A stretch of 64,000 nt of DNA, taken from an uncultured Chloroflexia bacterium (GTDB lineage Bacteria > Chloroflexota > Limnocylindria > Limnocylindrales > CSP1-4). Below are positions 31,753-40,016 of the stretch, piece by piece; position 1 is the first letter of the stretch; every line of letters begins with the position of its first letter. The stretch spans positions 1 through 64,000 of the forward strand of contig CAVTHS010000011.1 of the NCBI GenBank assembly GCA_963734535.1, given 5' to 3'. The position numbers and the translations under genes were made by a program. Below the pieces are notes generated by a model that saw nothing but the letters and a program-made list of their open reading frames with translations, had not been told where the DNA came from and did no database searches.

Positions 31753-33126
31753 GTGAACATCGCGTCGATCGCTGCTGACCGAAGGTACCGGCATCGCATC
31801 GTCCGCGCCACGGTCACCCTGACAGGTCGGGACGGCGAGCCGCTGCGCGGGGCGCCCGTGACCATCGGGCAACTCGGGCACGCGTTCGGCTTCGGCAACA
31901 TCGGCTTCGACTTCGTCGGCCTGGCCAACGCCGAGGACGACGCGCTCGCGTCCGGCCCGTTCGGTGGGGCCTCCGCCGCCCGGGCGTCGCGTCTCGCCGA
32001 CCTCTGGTTCGAGCTCTTCAACACGGCGACCCTTCCGTTCTACTGGGGCCGCTTCGAGCCTGTGCGGGGCGTCCCCGACACCCGGCGCCTGTTGCGCACC
32101 GCGCAGTGGTTCGTCGAGAAGGGCTGCACCGTGAAGGGTCATCCGCTCGTCTGGCACACGCTGGCACCGTCGTGGTTGCTGGACCTGGCGAACGGCGAGG
32201 TCACGGAGGCCGTCAGGGGACGTATCCAACGAGAGGTGACCGATTTCGCCGGGGTGATCAGCACCTGGGACGCGATCAACGAGGCCGTGATCATGCCGGT
32301 CTTCGATCGCGAGACCAACGCGATCACCCTCCTCAGCCAGCGCCTCGGCCGCGTTGGCGTGGTCCGACTGGCCGTCGAGACTGCCCGGGCGGCGAGCCCG
32401 GGCCTGACCCTTCTCATCAACGACTTCGACATGTCCCCGGCGTACGAGCGGCTTATCGGGGAGTGTCTCGAGGCGGGAGTCACCCTCGACGGGATCGGCC
32501 TGCAGAGCCACATGCACCAGGGGTACTGGGGCGAGGCGAAGACGCTCGACGTGCTCGGCCGGTTCTCCGAGTTCGGCCTGCCGCTCCACCTGTCCGAGAC
32601 GACCCTTGTATCGGGTGAGCTGATGCCGCCCGAGATCCAGGATCTCAACGACTTCCAGGTGCCCTCCTGGCCGTCGACGCCCGAGGGCGAGGCGCGTCAG
32701 GCCGACGAGCTGGTGCGGCACTACCGGACGCTGGTGGAGCACCCCTCGGTCCGGGCCGTGACCTACTGGGGGCTGACCGATCACGGCGCCTGGCTCGGGG
32801 CGCCCTCGGGTCTCGTGCGGGCCGACGGCACGCTCAAACCGGCGTACGAGGCAATTCGGCGCCTCGTCAAGGACGAGTGGTGGCTGGCGCCGTCGACGAT
32901 CGTGGCCGACGACGAGGGGCGCGTCGTCATCAACGGATTTGCCGGCACCTACGAGGTCGTGGTGGACGGATCGCGGACGGTCATCGACCTGGGCCGCCCG
33001 GGCGTGACGGCAGAAGCGATCGACCTTCGCGACGGGGACGTCCATCGACCGCCGGGATCCCAGGAACGCGGCCCGGTGGGTTCGGATTCGCAGCCAGCGC
33101 ATCCGGGAGACGACGGCGAGCGATGA
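31753..33126 (+). CDS. endo-1,4-beta-xylanase, glycoside hydrolase family 10
   Basis: FNTATLPFYW..FEP, KGHPLVWH, WDAINE, GIGLQSHMH, LHLSET; no signal peptide seen. Confidence 0.9.
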   Translation: MNIASIAADRRYRHRIVRATVTLTGRDGEPLRGAPVTIGQLGHAFGFGNIGFDFVGLANAEDDALASGPFGGASAARASRLADLWFELFNTATLPFYWGRFEPVRGVPDTRRLLRTAQWFVEKGCTVKGHPLVWHTLAPSWLLDLANGEVTEAVRGRIQREVTDFAGVISTWDAINEAVIMPVFDRETNAITLLSQRLGRVGVVRLAVETARAASPGLTLLINDFDMSPAYERLIGECLEAGVTLDGIGLQSHMHQGYWGEAKTLDVLGRFSEFGLPLHLSETTLVSGELMPPEIQDLNDFQVPSWPSTPEGEARQADELVRHYRTLVEHPSVRAVTYWGLTDHGAWLGAPSGLVRADGTLKPAYEAIRRLVKDEWWLAPSTIVADDEGRVVINGFAGTYEVVVDGSRTVIDLGRPGVTAEAIDLRDGDVHRPPGSQERGPVGSDSQPAHPGDDGER

Positions 33127-33129
33127 GCC
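33114..33129 (+). repeat. 16-bp direct repeat, right copy
   Basis: Identical to 31682-31697; spans the xylanase stop codon. Confidence 0.75.
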
Positions 33130-33332
33130 GTCGCCGGCCCGGCGAGCACCCGAGGGGCGTCGGGTCCGCGCCATTCCGACGTCCGTTGCCCCGTTCCGAC
33201 GGCCGTCGCCCCGATTCACGGCGGACGTAGCAGGCCGGCGACCCGTCGATGCGATGTCGCTGACGTGCGTCGGCTCCCACATTTGCCTGTATCGGGGGCG
33301 CTCGGCATCAAACCAGGGGAGAGACGCGCGGG

Positions 33333-33635
33333 ATGGACAGTCTCGGAGTGCTGGCGGCGATCCTCGCCTGGCTCCTGATCCTCGGCGTGGCACTCCTGCG
33401 CATCCCCGGCGTGGGAATGCGCGCCCTCGCGGGGCCCTGGCTCGTCCTGACCGTCGTCTCGATGGGCGGTCTGTTCATGGTGTTCTTCGTGGTCTCGTAC
33501 GGGCTCCTGTTCGCATTCGGGAGGGAAGCGGCCGCGGCGGGCGTGGCAGTGGCGGCCATGGTCCTCGCGGCAACGCCCGTCTTCTGGGCGCTCGTCCTCC
33601 GGCGCCGGGCACGTCGCACGGCCGCGCATGGCTGA
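33333..33635 (+). CDS. small 3-TM membrane protein
   Basis: Three hydrophobic helices; overlaps the next start. Confidence 0.65.
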   Translation: MDSLGVLAAILAWLLILGVALLRIPGVGMRALAGPWLVLTVVSMGGLFMVFFVVSYGLLFAFGREAAAAGVAVAAMVLAATPVFWALVLRRRARRTAAHG

Positions 33636-34416
33636 TCGCATCTCGAGGAGCGCCGACGCCGTCCCGGCGGTCGCCCCCGTCCCGGCGGGCTTTGCCGGCG
33701 GTCACGTACCGACGCTCAACGTCGTCATCGCCATCACCGGATTCCCGCTGCTCGCGGCCGGGTACCGGGCCGTCATCGAGGAGGCCCCGGACCTGCGGGT
33801 CGCCGGCGCCGTGGAACGCCGCGACCGGGTGGCTGACGAGGTAGCCCGGCTCGCCCCCGACGTCGTGGTCATCGACGTGCCGACTTCGCCGCGCACAGAC
33901 CGCCCGTCGGCTGGGACGATCTGGGCGATCCGGGTCGCTCGGCCTGCCGCGCGCATCCTTGCGATCGAGTCGCGGTGCGCCGGGGAAGACCGCTCGCCGG
34001 CGACTGGGGCCGGTGCCCACGGCCTGCTGTCCCGTGAGGCCTCGCCCGGGGACGTGCTGGCGGCCCTCCGCTGTCTCGGCCGCGGCGAGACCTGGTCGAG
34101 CGCGTCGATCTCGACGGACGAGTCCCGCGCGGACGCTGCACCAGGGATGCCCGAGTTCGCCGCGGACCCCGTTCTGACCGTTCCCGGCCCCGCCGGCGAC
34201 GGCGCGTTCGACAGCCTGAGCGAGCGAGCCCGCGAGGTCTTCCGCCTCGCAGCGATCGGCCATTCGAGCCTGGAGATCGCGCGGGAGCTCGGCGTCTCCG
34301 AGGATACGGTCCACGACCACCGGGGGCTGATCATGCAGCGGCTCGGCCTCCATCGACGCGTCGAGCTGTTGCGGTACGCGCTCCGCCACGGCATCGTCCG
34401 GGCGACAGAGCTGTGA
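33628..34416 (+). CDS. NarL/LuxR-family response regulator, atypical receiver
   Basis: C-terminal LSERAREVF..AIGHSSLEIARELGVSEDTVHDHR..IMQRLG HTH; receiver-like N-terminus. Confidence 0.85.
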   Translation: MADRISRSADAVPAVAPVPAGFAGGHVPTLNVVIAITGFPLLAAGYRAVIEEAPDLRVAGAVERRDRVADEVARLAPDVVVIDVPTSPRTDRPSAGTIWAIRVARPAARILAIESRCAGEDRSPATGAGAHGLLSREASPGDVLAALRCLGRGETWSSASISTDESRADAAPGMPEFAADPVLTVPGPAGDGAFDSLSERAREVFRLAAIGHSSLEIARELGVSEDTVHDHRGLIMQRLGLHRRVELLRYALRHGIVRATEL

Positions 34417-35117
34417 GCCGCGTCCGCCGTGCCCTCGGCGGCGGTCGGACCGCCGCTCTCCGGTCCAGGCTTCGCCGCCTCCGGCCGTCGAGCCGGGCCG
34501 GCGTCGTAAGCGGGATGGTCGCCGGCGCAGCTCTCATCGCCGGACTGGCCGTCGTGCTCGTGGTGCTCGGTGCGGCGTTCTCGACCTTCTACGCGGAGTA
34601 CGGGTTCCACCCGCAGGAGAATGCCCGCAGCTGGGCCGCCCTGACGCCGGCATACGCCGACTCGACGCTCTGCGAGCGGTGCCACGAGCCGGAGTACGCC
34701 CACTGGGTCGTATCCAGACACGAGGCCGTCGTCTGCGAGAGCTGCCACGGCCCGCTTCGCGCCCATGCCGCCGAAACCTCGCCGGATGCCCCGGCCGGCT
34801 CCGTCATCCTCGCCAGAGTTCCAGACGGGATCTGCGCGACGTGCCATGCGCAGGTGACCGGCCGGCCGCTCGCGTTCCCCCAGGTGGAGCTGGCCGCTCA
34901 CTATGCGGGAGCCTCCTGCCTGTGGTGCCATGACCCTCACGACGCGAAGGCGCTGCGTCCACCCGACATCCCGCATTCGCTCGACCGGCTTCCAGCGTGC
35001 GTGACCTGCCACGTGCCCGGTGGCCTCAAGCCCGTCCCGGCCGGGCACGTCGAATCGAGCGACGCCGTCTGCCGGACGTGCCACTCGCGGCCCGCCGCGA
35101 TCGTGGGCCGGCCATGA
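34413..35117 (+). CDS. membrane-anchored hexaheme c-type cytochrome
   Basis: N-terminal TM; CERCH, CESCH, CATCH, CLWCH, CVTCH, CRTCH. Confidence 0.9.
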   Translation: MSRVRRALGGGRTAALRSRLRRLRPSSRAGVVSGMVAGAALIAGLAVVLVVLGAAFSTFYAEYGFHPQENARSWAALTPAYADSTLCERCHEPEYAHWVVSRHEAVVCESCHGPLRAHAAETSPDAPAGSVILARVPDGICATCHAQVTGRPLAFPQVELAAHYAGASCLWCHDPHDAKALRPPDIPHSLDRLPACVTCHVPGGLKPVPAGHVESSDAVCRTCHSRPAAIVGRP

Positions 35118-35980
35118 GGAAGACGATGAATGCCGACTCGACCGACGCCGGGCGGGGATCGACGACGCTGTCGCGCCGGCGCGTCCTGCAGCTCGGCCTC
35201 GCCGCCGTGCCCGCCGTGTGCGGGGCGCAGCTCCTCGGGAGCGGGCTCGCGCAGACCACCGACGTGGCCCGCGCCGCGGTGCCGAACCCGGCCGGTGGGT
35301 CGTATGACCCGTCCGCCCATGACTGGGCCTTCGTGATGGACACGACCACCTGCATCGGGTGCGGTCGCTGCGTGGAAGCCTGCAAGCAGGAGAACCACGT
35401 CCCGCCCGAACCCGAGCTCAACCGGACGTGGGTGGAGCTGCATGTCCAGGCGGACGACTGGACCGTCTCCGTGAGCTCGCCCCAGGGCGGCGGGCACGGC
35501 GTGCCTTCCGAGGAGGCTGTCCCGGCCGCGGCCGGGGCGGTGCGGAATGCCTACTTCGTGCCCCGGCTGTGCATGCAGTGCGAGAACCCGCCGTGCACCT
35601 GGGTCTGCCCGGTCAGCGCCACCTACCGGACCGAGGATGGGATCATCCTGGTGGACGAGACGCGCTGCATCGGCTGCGGCTACTGCCTGATCGCCTGTCC
35701 GTACGGCGCCCGGTACATGGTCCCGGCGGGCGACACCACGCCGAAGGGCGTGCCCGGGATCGCGGACAAGTGCACCTTCTGCTACCACCGCATCACCCGC
35801 GGGCTGCTGCCGGCCTGCGCCGAGGTCTGTCCCGTCAACGCCAGGATCTTCGGCGACCGCAACGACCCGGTGAGCCCGGTGAGCGTGGCCCTCGACCAGA
35901 AGCGCGTCCGGGCCATGAAGACCGCCCTCGGGACGCGGCCGCGCGTCTTCTACACGGGCCTCGAAGGCGAGGTGGACTGA
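35114..35980 (+). CDS. Tat-exported 4Fe-4S dicluster protein (NrfC/DsrO/CbcT-like)
   Basis: SRRRVL Tat motif; CIGCGRCVEAC, CMQCENPPC..VCP, CIGCGYCLIACP, KCTFC..PACAEVCP. Confidence 0.93.
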   Translation: MRKTMNADSTDAGRGSTTLSRRRVLQLGLAAVPAVCGAQLLGSGLAQTTDVARAAVPNPAGGSYDPSAHDWAFVMDTTTCIGCGRCVEACKQENHVPPEPELNRTWVELHVQADDWTVSVSSPQGGGHGVPSEEAVPAAAGAVRNAYFVPRLCMQCENPPCTWVCPVSATYRTEDGIILVDETRCIGCGYCLIACPYGARYMVPAGDTTPKGVPGIADKCTFCYHRITRGLLPACAEVCPVNARIFGDRNDPVSPVSVALDQKRVRAMKTALGTRPRVFYTGLEGEVD

Positions 35981-37356
35981 TGTCGGTCCGCATGGCCGGC
36001 AGGGACCTGAGCGCCGACCCGCGGGTGCTCGCATCCGGGCTGCGCCGTGCGATCGGTGCCATGCCGCGGCCGCTGCGAGCGTGGTACGGCCTGCTCATCC
36101 TGCTCTGCCTGGTCGGGGCCGTCGGGGCCGCCCTGAGCATCCCGCCGGGCTGGGAGGTGCTGGGCACGAGTCCCTCCTTCGAGTGGGGGATCCTCATCGC
36201 AGCCTATGTCTTCTTCGCGATCACCACGAGCGGGCTCTGCCTCGCGTCGTCGCTGGGCACAGTGTTCGGGATCGAGATGTTCATCCCGCTCGAGAAGCGC
36301 CATGCGATCCTGGCCCTGCTCTGCCTCGTGACCGCCTTCGGGATCATCGCGCTCGATCTCCACTTCCCGGTCCGGATGGTCTTTGGGGCGGTCCTGAGCC
36401 CCTCGCTCCGATCGCCCATGTGGTGGATGGGCGTGTTCTACGGCGCCTACCTCGTGTTCCTCGTCATCGAGGTGGCGAGCATGTTCACGGGGCGCTGGCG
36501 GATCCACCGGGTCGCCTGCGTCCTCTCCTCGATCACCGCGATCGTCGCGCCGACCACTCTCGGCGCGGTCTTCGGGGTCCTTGCGTCCCGCCCCTACTGG
36601 CACGGCGCGTTCACGCCCCCGGCGATGGTGTCGGCGGCGCTGCTCTCCGGCACGGCGCTCCTCGGGATCGTCTTCTACGGCGTTCACCGGTTCCGCCTCG
36701 CGGGCTACGAGCGGGCCGAGCGGCTCGCGATCCCCGCGATCCGGCTCCTGCTCACGATCACGCTCGCCGTGACGGTGCTCCTCGTCGGCTGGCAGATCGC
36801 GTGGGGGCTCTACGGGGACGTCCCGGGCCTGTCCGACGCGACCGCTGCGATCCTCGTCGGGCCCCTGGCGCTGCCGTTCTGGGTTCTCCGGATCCTGCTG
36901 GGCCTCGCGGTGCCGCTCATCCTCCTGGTGCTCCCCCGGACGCGGACGCCCGCGGGACTCGCCGCCGCCGCCGGCCTGGCCATGGTCGGGCTCTTCGCCG
37001 ACCGGGGGATCTTCGTGTTCGCGGGCCAGGTCGTGCCGAGCACGGCGGTAGCGGGCGTGAAATCCTCCCCCTTCGCGCCGTACGTGCCGTCGCTCGTCGA
37101 AGTCAGCGTCGTCGTCGGGGCGCTCGCGGCGCTCGTGCTGGCCTATACGCTCGCCGAGCGCTGCCTGCCGATGGGCGAGCACTCAGGGCACGCCACCGGC
37201 GCGTTCCTCGGCTCCGCTGACGGTGCGGGAGTCGTTGACGCGAGGCCCGCCACGCCGGTCCCGTCCGCGCCGATCATCTCCGCGGCTCCGGTCGCCTCGC
37301 CGACGCCCGCCTTCGCCCCGGTCGCCCTGCATGACGGCACCGGAGCGGTGCTGTGA
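35980..37356 (+). CDS. nrfD: NrfD/PsrC-family integral membrane quinol-interacting subunit
   Basis: WGILIAAYVFF, DLHFP.R, SPMWW, LGAVFG, PSLVE; about 10 TM helices; directly after the NrfC-like gene. Confidence 0.88.
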   Translation: MSVRMAGRDLSADPRVLASGLRRAIGAMPRPLRAWYGLLILLCLVGAVGAALSIPPGWEVLGTSPSFEWGILIAAYVFFAITTSGLCLASSLGTVFGIEMFIPLEKRHAILALLCLVTAFGIIALDLHFPVRMVFGAVLSPSLRSPMWWMGVFYGAYLVFLVIEVASMFTGRWRIHRVACVLSSITAIVAPTTLGAVFGVLASRPYWHGAFTPPAMVSAALLSGTALLGIVFYGVHRFRLAGYERAERLAIPAIRLLLTITLAVTVLLVGWQIAWGLYGDVPGLSDATAAILVGPLALPFWVLRILLGLAVPLILLVLPRTRTPAGLAAAAGLAMVGLFADRGIFVFAGQVVPSTAVAGVKSSPFAPYVPSLVEVSVVVGALAALVLAYTLAERCLPMGEHSGHATGAFLGSADGAGVVDARPATPVPSAPIISAAPVASPTPAFAPVALHDGTGAVL

Positions 37357-38249
37357 GGGCGCTCCGAAGGCGCGGCGTCGTCCTCGCGGTCGTCGGCGTC
37401 GTCGCCGCGGTGGCCATCGGTGCGGCAGCGGGCGTCGGAATCGTCAACTCGAGGCTGATCGACTCCCTTGTCGCCGGCGTGCCTGTCGTGGCCCCCGCGC
37501 CGGGTACGGCATCGTCCGCGCCGGGTGCCACCTCCGGCCCCGGCTCGACGGGACGCCCCGGCTCGACGGACGTGCCGGCCCCCGCGGTATCCCCGGGTTC
37601 GCCGACCACCCCCGGACCCTCCGCGGCCCGCCCGGGGGCATCGCCGGCCGCACCGGCGCTCGCCCTCACGCTGGAGATGCCGGCCGGGGCCGACTGCCTC
37701 GGCTGTCATACGATGGCTGCGGGCGGCGTGGGCACCGCCACGGTGCCGCCGATCGGCCATCCCCTCGCGGGCTGGACGAGCTGCACGTCGTGCCATGCCA
37801 ACGACAGCCTGGTGAGGACTGCGCCCGGCCATTCGGGCATCCACGCCGATCAATGCCTCCTCTGCCACACCGCCACGACCCCGGCCGCGGTGGACCGCCC
37901 GCACTCCGCCCGCCAGGACGTGCCCTGCCTCAGCTGCCATGGGAAGACGGCGCCGCTGCCCGACAGCATGAAGAACCGATCGGAGACGACCTGCTGGCTG
38001 TGCCACCCGGCGTCGGCCGCGCAGGCCCCGCGCTATCCCCATCCGACGCCCGCCGACGGCATCTGCCTCGGCTGCCACAGCGCCGCCAAGCTGGGTGCGC
38101 TCCCCGCCGACCACGTCGGGCGAACGAACAGCCAGTGCTCCGCCTGCCATGCCCCGGACTCGAAGCCGGCGCCCACCGCGCCCCACGACCTGGCCTCGCG
38201 CGCCGGGATGTGCGCCTTCTGCCACCTCGCGGGGAAGCCGAGCGACTAG
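37353..38249 (+). CDS. membrane-anchored octaheme c-type cytochrome with Pro/Gly/Ser linker
   Basis: N-terminal TM; CLGCH, CTSCH, CLLCH, CLSCH, CWLCH, CLGCH, CSACH, CAFCH. Confidence 0.9.
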   Translation: MRALRRRGVVLAVVGVVAAVAIGAAAGVGIVNSRLIDSLVAGVPVVAPAPGTASSAPGATSGPGSTGRPGSTDVPAPAVSPGSPTTPGPSAARPGASPAAPALALTLEMPAGADCLGCHTMAAGGVGTATVPPIGHPLAGWTSCTSCHANDSLVRTAPGHSGIHADQCLLCHTATTPAAVDRPHSARQDVPCLSCHGKTAPLPDSMKNRSETTCWLCHPASAAQAPRYPHPTPADGICLGCHSAAKLGALPADHVGRTNSQCSACHAPDSKPAPTAPHDLASRAGMCAFCHLAGKPSD

Positions 38250-38710
38250 ATCCGCGAGGGTCACGGCCGCCGAGCGGACCGGCGTGGCCGCGGGCCGCCA
38301 GCCCGATCGGCGGTCAACGACGTCGATGAACCCGCGGGAGTTGGTCAGCACAGCCCGAATGGGGCCTCCCACCCGCGGTTCGAGCGGAATCGCACGTGAA
38401 GTCAACACCCCGGGGCGGCGCGCGCCCTCAAGCCGCGGCGCCGGCCGCGCGGCGGACCAGCGGCGCGAGCTCCGCGGTCCGGCTGAGCACGAGCTCGACC
38501 CGCGACGTCGAGGCGGGCTCCTGTGGAAAGGGTCCCCGAGCGGCGGCTGCCCTCAAGACGTCAGTCCGGCGACTCGCGTGTTCAGATCACGTGCGATTCT
38601 GCAGGTCTGCGGGAAGACAGGCGTGCCACGATCGCCGGAGACGGGCCCGCCACGACCGCCGAAGCTCGGCCCGCCCCGAGGCCCGCCGCGGGCCCCGCGG
38701 GCCCCGGCCA

Positions 38711-39418
38711 TTACAGGTCGGCGACGTCGATGATCCCGCGTCGGATCGCGTACTTGAGCAGCTCCACCCGGTCGTGGAAGCCGAGCTTCTCCATGACATT
38801 CGCCCTGTAGTTGTGAATCGTCTGTTCCGCCAGGTGGAGCGTCAGGGCGATCTCCCGATTGGTGTGGCCGATCGCGGCGAGCAGCATGACCTCGCGCTCC
38901 CGGTCATTCAGGCTCTCGTACGGGTCCGCGAGGATCCCTTGCGGCGCCTTGAGGACGTACGTGTTGACCATCCTCGTCACGATCGCAGGGCTGACGTATG
39001 TCTGGCCGCGCGCCACGGAGCGCAGGGCCGTGACGACGTCGGCTGGCTCCGCCTCGCGCGTGATGAAACCATCCGCGCCCGCCTTGAGGGCGAGCGAGAA
39101 CTGCTCGGAGCTGCCCCGGCACTCGAGCGCGAGGATCTTCGTGGCCGGCCGGGCCGCGCGGATCGACTCGATCGACTCGAACGACGTGCATCCGGCGCGG
39201 TCGAACGGGAGGCACTCGGCGATGACGACGTCGGCGACCGTGCGCGCGATCTCGTCGCGAAGGGCCTCGCGGCCGCCGACCTCGCCGATCACCTTCATGT
39301 CGGGCTCGGCGTCGACCACCTCGCGGAGCCCAACGTTGAGCATCGGGAACTCGAAGATGGCCAGGAGGACGCCCAGCTTCATCCCGTTCCCCGGTCCATG
39401 CCCGTCCGTTCGCACCAT
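38711..39418 (-). CDS. NarL/LuxR-family response regulator, atypical receiver
   Basis: LNDREREV...GHTNREIA..L.LAEQTIHNYRANVMEKLG HTH; receiver lacks canonical acidic residues. Confidence 0.9.
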   Translation of the reverse strand: MVRTDGHGPGNGMKLGVLLAIFEFPMLNVGLREVVDAEPDMKVIGEVGGREALRDEIARTVADVVIAECLPFDRAGCTSFESIESIRAARPATKILALECRGSSEQFSLALKAGADGFITREAEPADVVTALRSVARGQTYVSPAIVTRMVNTYVLKAPQGILADPYESLNDREREVMLLAAIGHTNREIALTLHLAEQTIHNYRANVMEKLGFHDRVELLKYAIRRGIIDVADL

Positions 39419-39423
39419 GCGGA

Positions 39424-39993
39424 TCAGCCCTTCGGGAGGTCGGTTGGCGTGCCGGGAACGCCGTTCCCGCCGAACGTCGCGTCGACCTCGGCCCGGATCT
39501 CGGCCAGGGAGCGGCCCTCCCCGATCCGCTGCTTGGCGAGGAGCGCGGTCTGGACGCATACGTCGCAGAAGGAGGCGTGCTGCTCGAACGCGACCGCCCC
39601 GGCCGTCATCCGTGCTCGCAGGAAGCAGTCCAGGTTGCTGCGGTGCTGCATCGACGCGCAGCCGCAGTAGCAGGGCATCCAGCGGATCACATCCGGCCGC
39701 TCGAGCGCGTAGCGATACGCTTCCTGGACCCGTGCGTCCGCCCCGCGCACGTAGTCGGGCCGCGCCGCCCAGGCGGTCTCGACGGCTGCCGCATCGGTGC
39801 CCGGATCTCGCGAGGCAGCGCCGGGCATCTCCGTCGCCGATGCGACCGAGGCGCCCATCGTCGGCATGACCGTCGCGTTCGCACCCCCGCCGCACGCGGC
39901 CACCAGGCCACCCGATAGGGCTAGGACGAGGACGGCCAGCGTACCGGTGATCGCCCGACGACGGTGCGACCGGGCTGTAGCGGGGACGCGCAT
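39424..39993 (-). CDS. PCYCGC-motif lipoprotein
   Basis: Lipobox VAAC; MPCYCGC...HRSNLDCF...HASFCDVC. Confidence 0.88.
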   Translation of the reverse strand: MRVPATARSHRRRAITGTLAVLVLALSGGLVAACGGGANATVMPTMGASVASATEMPGAASRDPGTDAAAVETAWAARPDYVRGADARVQEAYRYALERPDVIRWMPCYCGCASMQHRSNLDCFLRARMTAGAVAFEQHASFCDVCVQTALLAKQRIGEGRSLAEIRAEVDATFGGNGVPGTPTDLPKG

Positions 39994-40016
39994 GGTGAGC
40001 TCCTTCCCTCGGATCG

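Noticed and set aside
35359-37356. 665-aa NrfD with long N-terminal extension (similarly 56734-59496 and 59493-61571)
   Set aside because: The extensions are off-frame or antisense read-through of neighbouring genes, typical of stop-poor high-GC DNA.
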